From: a virus
Virus record (IMG/VR): IMGVR_UViG_3300020029_000001
Coordinates: 1 to 6,124 of that record
Direction: 5' to 3' (one strand)
DNA: 6,124 bases
The notes beneath the pieces are model-generated. The model was not told where the DNA came from, did not search any database, and worked only from the letters and a program-made list of their open reading frames with translations. The position numbers and the translations under genes are program-made. Below are positions 1-5,740 of the stretch, one piece after another. Every line of letters starts with the position of its first letter. Within the stretch, counting starts at the first letter, position 1.

Positions 1-121
1 CCAAAGTATTATAACGAGGCTCTGCTTGATCCGTCCTGGTTTATTCGAAAATTCAACGAACGCCTACGTCACAAACTCGGTCATTCGTTTAAACATGCTT
101 TTTTCCAGGAGTTTGGTACTC
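1..121. repeat. Left copy of a 121-bp terminal direct repeat (circularity overlap)
   Basis: Bases 1-121 (ccaaagtattataacgagg...gtttggtactc) are identical to 6004-6124 (offset 6003). Confidence 0.97.
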
Positions 122-807
122 ATCCAGAAACAGGAAGTGAGCCTCGATTGCATTTTCATGGCTTCTTATTTGGCACAAACGTCCTCTATAACACGATTCG
201 TTCTGCTGTTCGAGACCTTGGTTTTGTTTGGTTAGCGAAAGCAACCCACAAGCGTGCTCGTTACTGCGTTAAGTACGTCACTAAGCAAATTCAATTCAAC
301 CCCGATGAAATTTCGGATAAATATGTTACCGTAAATGGAAACCTTACACCTTTATCTTGCCTCCTCCAACATCGCCGTTATACGCGAAAATTCGTATCTG
401 CTGGCGTTGGTGACTTTCTTGGTTATATGCCTCGTCCTTCTTCTCGTGTCTCGTCGTGGTCTTATTTTGATATTGAGAAGCGTATCAATTATAATTACTC
501 GATTCCTCGATATTATCTTAGATACCTTAAACCGGAAGACGACGTTATTCGCTCGGTTGCCGCTGCTGATGCTTATTCACGTTTTAGCAAGTCTCCTCTG
601 GTTAAGCGTATTGTGTCTCTGTGTGTTGAGCGGTTCAACCTCAATTCCTCCGTATCCCGTAGAGAGAGCTATACGTGGGAGCAAAAGCAAATAATGCGTT
701 TTTCCGCCTCCTCTCACAAGATGCCTGATTTCGATCCTCCAACGTGGCTGGATTTGGACATTCTTCAATTTTGGAGAGATCACTATAAACTTCAACTAAA
801 CATTTAA
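1..807 (+). CDS. Microviridae replication initiator protein VP4 (HUH-type rolling-circle endonuclease), C-terminal part
   Basis: Open from base 1 in frame 1: PKYYNEALLDPSWFIRKFNERLRHKLGHSFKHAFFQEFGTHPETGSEPRLHFHGFLFG... HUH motif HFHG at 151-162; catalytic-tyrosine motif YCVKYVTK at 262-285 with two Tyr, as in phiX174 A-type proteins. Stop TAA 805-807. The supplied 148 start is an internal TTG, not the true start. Confidence 0.95.
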   Translation, partial: PKYYNEALLDPSWFIRKFNERLRHKLGHSFKHAFFQEFGTHPETGSEPRLHFHGFLFGTNVLYNTIRSAVRDLGFVWLAKATHKRARYCVKYVTKQIQFNPDEISDKYVTVNGNLTPLSCLLQHRRYTRKFVSAGVGDFLGYMPRPSSRVSSWSYFDIEKRINYNYSIPRYYLRYLKPEDDVIRSVAAADAYSRFSKSPLVKRIVSLCVERFNLNSSVSRRESYTWEQKQIMRFSASSHKMPDFDPPTWLDLDILQFWRDHYKLQLNI

Positions 808-810
808 TTT

Positions 811-2604
811 ATGGGAAAACAACCTTTTATTTCGCATGCCGTAAACGGTTATTCTCGATACGACGTTCCCGAGAGTAAGGCGTTTACGTGTACACCAGGT
901 ATTTTATATCCGGTGCGGATCGATTTTATCAATGCTCGAGATCGCGTATCCATTGAGCAAGGCATCGACGTTCGTAGCAATTCGCTCGCCGTTCCGTCAT
1001 TCAATCCTTACACCATTCGTTTGCATCGTTTTTGGGTGCCGCTTCAGTTGTATCACCCTGAGTTGAGGACGAATAGTAGTAAGTTTGATATGAATAATTT
1101 GAGCTTGAACTTCGTTGCCGCTTCGTCAACCGCTTCTTACGCATTCACTTACAATAACTATCCCTATTCCAACTCGTTGCTTCGTTGGTTACGCATTATT
1201 CCCGCTTCTATCCCGGCAACAACTTCTAGTAACGTTCCTATGTCGCCGAACCTTACGACCGCTCAATTGGGATATCCCTTAGGTTGGTGCACTGCCGATT
1301 CTTATCTTGCTTATTGGGATATCGTCCGCAATTACTATGGTTATTCCCAGTGGGGACTTTACTCTTTTGCTTGGCCCAGCACTTGGTGGTTCGTCCCTAA
1401 TAGCACTGGTACTGCGTATAATGTCCCTCAGTTCGCTGACAAATCGGTGTTTTTCTCGCAAAGATTCGGAAATCTCGAATATCTTGATGCTTATTATGAA
1501 AGCCAATTTTACCCTTCGGCTGTAGGTTCGTCGAACAATACGTATAATAGAGGAAATCTTTTTTCCCAGATATTACTTTCAGACCTTGGCGCTACGATTA
1601 CTGCTTCCAGAGATGGTTACCCTGTTTCTACTATTTATCCTGGAAGCACCTCGCTAACTACCGCAGGCCCCGCGAATCAATTTGCTACTAACCCTGGTAC
1701 TTCGACCGTCACTACGCTTGGGGCGTTTTTAGTGTCTCATCCGATGGCTGTTGTACCTTCAAACCCCGATCGATATAGTCGCCTGCTCCCCGTCGGCAGT
1801 TCTGAGGGTGTTTCTATGACCGGCGTTTCAACTATACCACAGTTGGCTATTGCTTCTCGTCTTCAAGAATATAAGGATTTGCTTGGTGCTGGTGGTAGTC
1901 GATATAGCGATTGGTTGGAAACATTCTTTGCATCGAAAATCGAGCACGTTGATCGTCCTAAACTTTTATTTAGCGCCTCACAGACCGTTAATGTTCAGGT
2001 TGTTATGAATCAGGCCGGTGCTAACAATTTCGAAAGCGATCAATACTCCATGCCTGCCCTTGGACAGCAAGGTGGCGCTATCGCTTTTAACGATCGCCTT
2101 GGTCGTCGACAGTCCTATTACTTCCGCGAACCTGGTTATTTGATTGACATGCTGAGTATTCGCCCCGTCTACTATTGGGCAGGCGTCTACCCTGATTATC
2201 TCCATTACACTGGTGCTGATTATTTTAATCCGATCTATAACGACATTGGATATCAGGATGTTCCTGGGTTCCAGTTTGGTTTCGGAACTACTTCGGCCTC
2301 GGAGACCGTAGCCTACGAACCGTGTTTTAACGAGTTTCGATCCTCGTATGACGAGGTTCTTGGTCAGCTGTCTCGATTCCAAGGTACTGCTACCAGTGTA
2401 CCTCTTTATTCTTATTGGGTTCAACAGCGCGTTTTGTCGGCGAGCTATAATCAGTATTACTCCCTTCTGTTCGTGGATATTGATAATGTAAACTCTCCGT
2501 TCGCTTCCAAGACGGAAGATAACTTTTTCGTTAACCTTTCGTATTCTGTTCAGAAGAAGAACTTAGTTAATAAAACATTTGCAACCCGTTTGTCTAATCG
2601 TTAA
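811..2604 (+). CDS. Microviridae major capsid protein VP1 (F-like), 597 aa
   Basis: Largest ORF, placed 3 nt after the VP4 stop. N-terminus FTCTPGILYPVRIDFINARDRVSIEQGIDVRSNSLAVPSFNPYTIRLHRFWVPLQLY matches the microvirus capsid pattern (N-terminal arm, then a '..VPL(R/Q)L..' strand). Length is in the range for VP1. Confidence 0.92.
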   Translation: MGKQPFISHAVNGYSRYDVPESKAFTCTPGILYPVRIDFINARDRVSIEQGIDVRSNSLAVPSFNPYTIRLHRFWVPLQLYHPELRTNSSKFDMNNLSLNFVAASSTASYAFTYNNYPYSNSLLRWLRIIPASIPATTSSNVPMSPNLTTAQLGYPLGWCTADSYLAYWDIVRNYYGYSQWGLYSFAWPSTWWFVPNSTGTAYNVPQFADKSVFFSQRFGNLEYLDAYYESQFYPSAVGSSNNTYNRGNLFSQILLSDLGATITASRDGYPVSTIYPGSTSLTTAGPANQFATNPGTSTVTTLGAFLVSHPMAVVPSNPDRYSRLLPVGSSEGVSMTGVSTIPQLAIASRLQEYKDLLGAGGSRYSDWLETFFASKIEHVDRPKLLFSASQTVNVQVVMNQAGANNFESDQYSMPALGQQGGAIAFNDRLGRRQSYYFREPGYLIDMLSIRPVYYWAGVYPDYLHYTGADYFNPIYNDIGYQDVPGFQFGFGTTSASETVAYEPCFNEFRSSYDEVLGQLSRFQGTATSVPLYSYWVQQRVLSASYNQYYSLLFVDIDNVNSPFASKTEDNFFVNLSYSVQKKNLVNKTFATRLSNR

Positions 2605-2616
2605 TATATTGATCTT

Positions 2617-2913
2617 ATGGCACTTGATTGGTTACTTGAAGATTCACCCGCCTATATCTCTCGTGGTCAGCGTATCCTTTCCGTTCTTAATGGCTCTGGG
2701 TCCGTTGACGTCCTTCCTGGTCGTCCGGATGTGATAGCCGAACCTTCTGATTTTGAGAAGGGAGAGAAGTTCAACCCTGATATAGATTTCGATCCTAACT
2801 CCTTTTCTCGTATGGATAAGTTTGACGGCCTCGAGGTTGGACAGGAACTTATTGATTCTCAGTTAGATAAGTCTAAGTCTACCTCAAAGCCTTCCGATTC
2901 TGAAGAAAAATAG
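2617..2913 (+). CDS. Hypothetical acidic small protein, 98 aa, directly downstream of VP1; possibly a VP3/scaffold-like protein
   Basis: ATG start 12 nt after the VP1 stop, same strand, TAG 2911-2913; C-terminus rich in Asp/Glu/Ser/Lys. The scaffold suggestion rests only on size, acidity and position. Confidence 0.75.
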   Translation: MALDWLLEDSPAYISRGQRILSVLNGSGSVDVLPGRPDVIAEPSDFEKGEKFNPDIDFDPNSFSRMDKFDGLEVGQELIDSQLDKSKSTSKPSDSEEK

Positions 2914-3142
2914 TATATCCTTTACTTGAAGATATATGCTACGTGCGCGGACCCCTTCTGTAAGAGTCCGTGAATTTCTGAAGGTTATTGGTAACGACTG
3001 CAGGAGAGGCCGCGCATTTTTCTATCGTTCTTTATTTAATTGTTTACACCATTGTGGCGAGGTGTCGCATTTCGCGGTTCGGAGAACCGCCCCGAACGAA
3101 GTGAGGGTGCGGCACCGTAGCTTCCCTTAAATTTTCAATATC
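2914..3142 (+). promoter_or_regulatory. Structured non-coding region between the 98-aa ORF and the small lipoprotein gene; candidate complementary-strand origin, packaging or terminator region
   Basis: Nested inverted repeats read directly: GCTAC 2938-2942 / GTAGC 3117-3121; TGCGCGG 2944-2950 / CCGCGCA 3010-3016 followed by T5 (3017-3021); GTTA 2984-2987 / TAAC 2992-2995; GGTGTCGCA 3061-3069 / TGCGGCACC 3108-3116 (one G-T wobble); GCGGTTC 3074-3080 / GAACCGC 3084-3090. Confidence 0.6.
3061..3116 (+). repeat. Branched stem-loop: 9-bp outer stem enclosing a perfect 7-bp hairpin with a 3-nt loop
   Basis: ggtgtcgca (3061-3069) pairs with tgcggcacc (3108-3116), one wobble. Inside it gcggttc-gga-gaaccgc (3074-3090) is a perfect hairpin, followed by CCC 3091-3093 that could pair with GGG 3105-3107. 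Confidence 0.75.
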
Positions 3143-3334
3143 ATGTCAGACGCTAAACAACCTTTCTATAAATCAAAGGCTTTCTGGACGCTCGTTTCAT
3201 CTATCATTGCTGCGTTGGCTGCCTTTTTTCTCTCTTCTTGTTCAGCTCAAGCTAGGATGCAGCGTAGTGGCGTTCATATTGACACAGTTCGCGTTGATTA
3301 CATCATTCGTTCTAACAATTTAACCCACATATAG
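3143..3334 (+). CDS. Small putative lipoprotein / single-pass membrane protein, 63 aa
   Basis: ATG 3143. Sequence MSDAKQPFYKSKAFWTLVSSIIAALAAFFLSSCSAQARMQRSGVHIDTVRVDYIIRSNNLTHI: charged N-terminus, hydrophobic core, LSSC lipobox-like motif with Cys33. TAG 3332-3334 lies one base before the VP2 ATG. Confidence 0.78.
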   Translation: MSDAKQPFYKSKAFWTLVSSIIAALAAFFLSSCSAQARMQRSGVHIDTVRVDYIIRSNNLTHI

Positions 3335-3335
3335 T

Positions 3336-4586
3336 ATGCCTGATCATATTGTTGCCTCTTCCTTTGGCCAGGCTCTTGGTCAGTCGGCCGCATCTACTGG
3401 TACTACCGGTTTAATTTCTGGCGCGCTCGGTCAACTTTTTGGAGGCATGAATGCCCGCCGACAGTGGAAATATCAGCAAAAACAAATGGCTCTTCAGCAA
3501 AAGTACTCTTTAGAGCAAATGCAAAAACAATCTGAGTTATCCTACGCTAATTGGCAGAAACAGTTCGATTATGAGAATGCTTACAACGATCCTTCGAAGG
3601 TCTTTGATCGTTATTTAAAGGCTGGTGTAACCCCCGCCGCCGCTTTAGGCTCTTCCGGTGTTGGCGTAAATGCCACTATGTCAGGAGGTTCTGCGTCTAC
3701 ACCCTCTGCTTCTGGTCCCTCCGGCGGCTCCCCGATTGCCCCTGGTGGCTTTGCTCCTGTTGATCCTACCTCTATTGCTCAAAATATGATTGCCCAGTCT
3801 ACGGTTGACCGCAATACTGCTGCCGCTAATCGAGATGACGCGGAGGCTGATTTAATGCGTGGTAATACGCACAGCCTTGAATGGCGTAAAGATATGGATA
3901 CTCTTGAAAAGAAAGCTCTTGAGCACAACATTAATAACGTACAAGAACTCGTTCGTCTTAATCGTGCTCTTGCTGATATACACGCTGCTGATGCTGAGTA
4001 CGCTGATCTTATGGCTACTTACAAATTTCAAGACTTTGTGGCTATGTACGCGAAGCATGTCGAGGAAGCGAATCAGATTAAGCGATTCAATGATAAGTAT
4101 TTCGACTCTGTTTATGCTGCACAGGTCGCTCGAGATTATGCTGCTGCCTTCGAATCTGCCGCCTCTGGCGACGTCTTGAATGTTGAATCTGAAATACGTA
4201 AAGTTAATCTGGCTGATCTTCGCGAGTGGTTCGCCCTTAATTGGGATTCGGAAATCGACGTTCCCGAGGTTAATGAGAAGGGCAAACCTACCGGCAAGAC
4301 GATTAAGATGACAGGTCGCCAGATTCATCAGAGACTAATGGGCTTAGCCGCCTCGGAAGGTGAGCAGGGACTCTCAGGCCGTTGGTTTCAAAACCGATCA
4401 AGTAAAAACGCTTTTGGCTATAGTATGGCTAGAACTGCTTTGTCTGGCGCCATAGCCATCGCCGGCTCGGCTGTCGCGAAGCGTCCTGTTTCTGTCGGTT
4501 ATGAAGAAAGTAGAGAAAATTACGATAAATACGGTGAGTATTCTGGAGGCTCGAGAGTCACCCGTCGCAATATGATGACAAAATGA
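3336..4586 (+). CDS. DNA pilot / minor capsid protein VP2 (H-like), 416 aa
   Basis: Gly/Ala-rich N-terminus (GLISGALGQLFGG), Gln-rich coiled-coil stretch (WKYQQKQMALQQKYSLEQMQKQSELSYANWQKQFDYENAYNDPSKVFDRYLKAGVTPAAALG) resembling the microvirus VP2 '..AY..(A)(M)K.AG.NP..A' region, Ala/Gly-rich hydrophobic segment near the C-terminus, located downstream of VP1. Confidence 0.9.
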   Translation: MPDHIVASSFGQALGQSAASTGTTGLISGALGQLFGGMNARRQWKYQQKQMALQQKYSLEQMQKQSELSYANWQKQFDYENAYNDPSKVFDRYLKAGVTPAAALGSSGVGVNATMSGGSASTPSASGPSGGSPIAPGGFAPVDPTSIAQNMIAQSTVDRNTAAANRDDAEADLMRGNTHSLEWRKDMDTLEKKALEHNINNVQELVRLNRALADIHAADAEYADLMATYKFQDFVAMYAKHVEEANQIKRFNDKYFDSVYAAQVARDYAAAFESAASGDVLNVESEIRKVNLADLREWFALNWDSEIDVPEVNEKGKPTGKTIKMTGRQIHQRLMGLAASEGEQGLSGRWFQNRSSKNAFGYSMARTALSGAIAIAGSAVAKRPVSVGYEESRENYDKYGEYSGGSRVTRRNMMTK

Positions 4587-4609
4587 ACAATCTCCCCGAC
4601 CTTTTGAAC

Positions 4610-4640
4610 TTTACTACTCATTCTTTTTGCCGTATATTTG
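4610..4640 (+). promoter_or_regulatory. Candidate Bacteroidetes-type promoter (-33/-7)
   Basis: TTTA (4610-4613) - 19 nt - TATATTTG (4633-4640). The second box matches the Bacteroides -7 consensus TAnnTTTG exactly, the first matches TTTG at 3 of 4 positions. It lies in the VP2/4667-ORF gap with the ATG 27 nt downstream. Confidence 0.5.
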
Positions 4641-4666
4641 TATCGTAAACCAATAACCACACTACC

Positions 4667-4987
4667 ATGAAAAAAGTAAGTAAAAAGTCCAGAACTGACG
4701 ATCTGTTAATTGACCTTGTAGAGTACATGTTCGTTGAGTGGCTTGTTCGTCGAGGTGTATTTACCGCTTTTAAGTCGAATTACGAGCATGCCTTTTCGCT
4801 TCGTGCGGGCTTCCGTGAACGCCTTCGCGGTCAGATTCGACGCGCTCTCAATGGTTCTGGTTTCGGCGTAAGCCACCTTATCACTTCCTCGTTTCTGTTT
4901 ACTTCGACACCTGAAGGTGTCAAGTTTTGGGGCAAAGAGTCTGCCGCCTGGGAGCGTTTTTGCGTTAAATTCCAAGTAAAACTTTAA
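4667..4987 (+). CDS. Conserved-looking hypothetical protein, 106 aa (basic, with 'STPEG..FW' motif)
   Basis: ATG 4667 downstream of a promoter-like site in an 80-nt intergenic gap. MKKVSKKSRTDDLLIDLVEYMFVEWLVRRGVFTAFKSNYEHAFSLRAGFRERLRGQIRRALNGSGFGVSHLITSSFLFTSTPEGVKFWGKESAAWERFCVKFQVKL. It resembles small accessory proteins I recall from Bacteroidetes-type microviruses; function unknown. Confidence 0.8.
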   Translation: MKKVSKKSRTDDLLIDLVEYMFVEWLVRRGVFTAFKSNYEHAFSLRAGFRERLRGQIRRALNGSGFGVSHLITSSFLFTSTPEGVKFWGKESAAWERFCVKFQVKL

Positions 4988-4998
4988 ATTATATTACT

Positions 4999-5322
4999 AT
5001 GACACAGATTCATATCGTTGTCCGGCGTGTTAGTCCGGCCCTCAAGGTTGACCTCGTCCAGATAGGTCGTCTCAAAGATGGTCAGTTTGATCCACTTCCT
5101 CTCGGCGCTTTTGCGAACACTCCTATTGCACGCTTCTTGGAGAGTTCGGATATTAGCGACTCACTTTACGTCAAACACTCGAAAATTACTGATCTTATTG
5201 CTGCTTGTGAAGGTCTCCCCGGCTTTGGCGTCGAGTTTTTTGACAATACGATAGTTCTCATGTTCGATTTTGATCTCAACTACGATGAAGGCGCGACGAA
5301 AGAAGAAGGGAAAGGGCACTAA
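4999..5322 (+). CDS. Hypothetical protein, 107 aa
   Basis: ATG 4999, 11 nt after the preceding stop, same strand, TAA 5320-5322, ends at the boundary of the non-coding region. Confidence 0.75.
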   Translation: MTQIHIVVRRVSPALKVDLVQIGRLKDGQFDPLPLGAFANTPIARFLESSDISDSLYVKHSKITDLIAACEGLPGFGVEFFDNTIVLMFDFDLNYDEGATKEEGKGH

Positions 5323-5539
5323 AGTTGTGACCCGCCCGCTTGGTGGAAGAGTTCTTTGATGCAGTGGACCTGTGGGAGACTCTTCTCCTGCAGGTTCCCT
5401 CATTGCTATATACCCTTCGAGCCGTTAAGAGCGCGGCGAGTAAGTGTTTCCGGAGCCGATGATATCGCGGACGCGAGATCGAGGCCCGAAACAGCGCAGC
5501 CCGCTTAGGCTCGTGTTTTGTGAATTAATTTTTTTAACC
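5323..5539 (+). promoter_or_regulatory. Second structured non-coding region upstream of the 66-aa ORF/VP4
   Basis: GAAGAGT 5346-5352 / ACTCTTC 5379-5385; CGAGCC 5418-5423 / GGCTCG 5508-5513; GCCG 5421-5424 / CGGC 5434-5437 (alternative to the previous pairing); GATaTCGC 5461-5468 / GCGAgATC 5473-5480 (one mismatch, loop GGAC); T7 tract 5529-5535. Confidence 0.55.
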
Positions 5540-5740
5540 ATGGATTGCATCGACTTTAGACCTAGTTTTGCCCCCATTGTTAACGGCTCCCCGCTTCGTT
5601 ATTCCGTTGGCATGTACCGCGGTAAGAAGCGAATTATCGTCGCCTGGTTTTCCGACGAATCTCCTGCGTTCGAGTACCTTGCTCGTTGTCGTCGTGATAA
5701 TCCTTACGCTAAGTTTGATTGTATTCAAAGTTTGTTCTAA
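5540..5740 (+). CDS. Hypothetical protein, 66 aa (MDCIDFRPSFAPIVNGSPLRYSVGMYRGKKRIIVAWFSDESPAFEYLARCRRDNPYAKFDCIQSLF)
   Basis: ATG 5540 follows an AT-rich leader (gaattaatttttttaacc); its stop TAA 5738-5740 overlaps the VP4 start as TAATG. Preferred over the longer GTG-start version at 5444, which would run through the hairpin-rich region. Confidence 0.72.
   Translation: MDCIDFRPSFAPIVNGSPLRYSVGMYRGKKRIIVAWFSDESPAFEYLARCRRDNPYAKFDCIQSLF

Noticed and set aside
1-121. 121-bp direct repeat as a biological terminal repeat
   Set aside because: It lies inside the VP4 coding frame and is identical, which is what an assembly overlap of a circular genome gives.
26-235. 69-aa ORF nested in VP4
   Set aside because: TTG start, +1 frame, same compositional explanation; overlaps the conserved HUH motif region.
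1307-1525. 72-aa hydrophobic + strand ORF inside VP1
   Set aside because: It is in the +1 frame of a gene with strong third-position T bias, so hydrophobic out-of-frame ORFs are expected; it is short and has no supporting signal.
1978-2424. 148-aa minus-strand ORF opposite VP1
   Set aside because: Antisense to a confidently identified capsid gene, with no recognisable motif.
3061-3072. Possible XerCD dif-like arm (GGTGTCGCAT), since some microviruses integrate at dif
   Set aside because: Only a loose partial match to the left arm and no right-arm TTATGTTAA-like sequence follows; no integration evidence. A search against host dif sites would be needed.
3074-3090. Possible tRNA T-arm (GGTTCGGAGAACC)
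   Set aside because: The loop would be 3 or 9 nt rather than 7, and no acceptor, D or anticodon arms fit around it.
2936-3130. 64-aa ORF MLRARTPSVRVREFLKVIGND...
   Set aside because: It lies entirely across the dense inverted repeats, has no recognisable domain, and its Arg-rich composition looks like read-through of GC-rich stems. Kept as non-coding unless conservation shows otherwise.
3852-4328. 158-aa minus-strand ORF opposite VP2
   Set aside because: The virion-sense strand carries all the credible genes; no minus-strand start context or domain. It probably reflects codon bias of VP2.
5444-5539. N-terminal extension (GTG start at 5444) of the 66-aa ORF
   Set aside because: An internal ATG at 5540 follows an AT-rich leader like the other genes; the extension translates hairpin-forming sequence.
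5563-5570. TAGTTTTG match to the Bacteroides -7 box
   Set aside because: No TTTG-like box at the 19-21 nt spacing and it lies within a coding region; likely chance.
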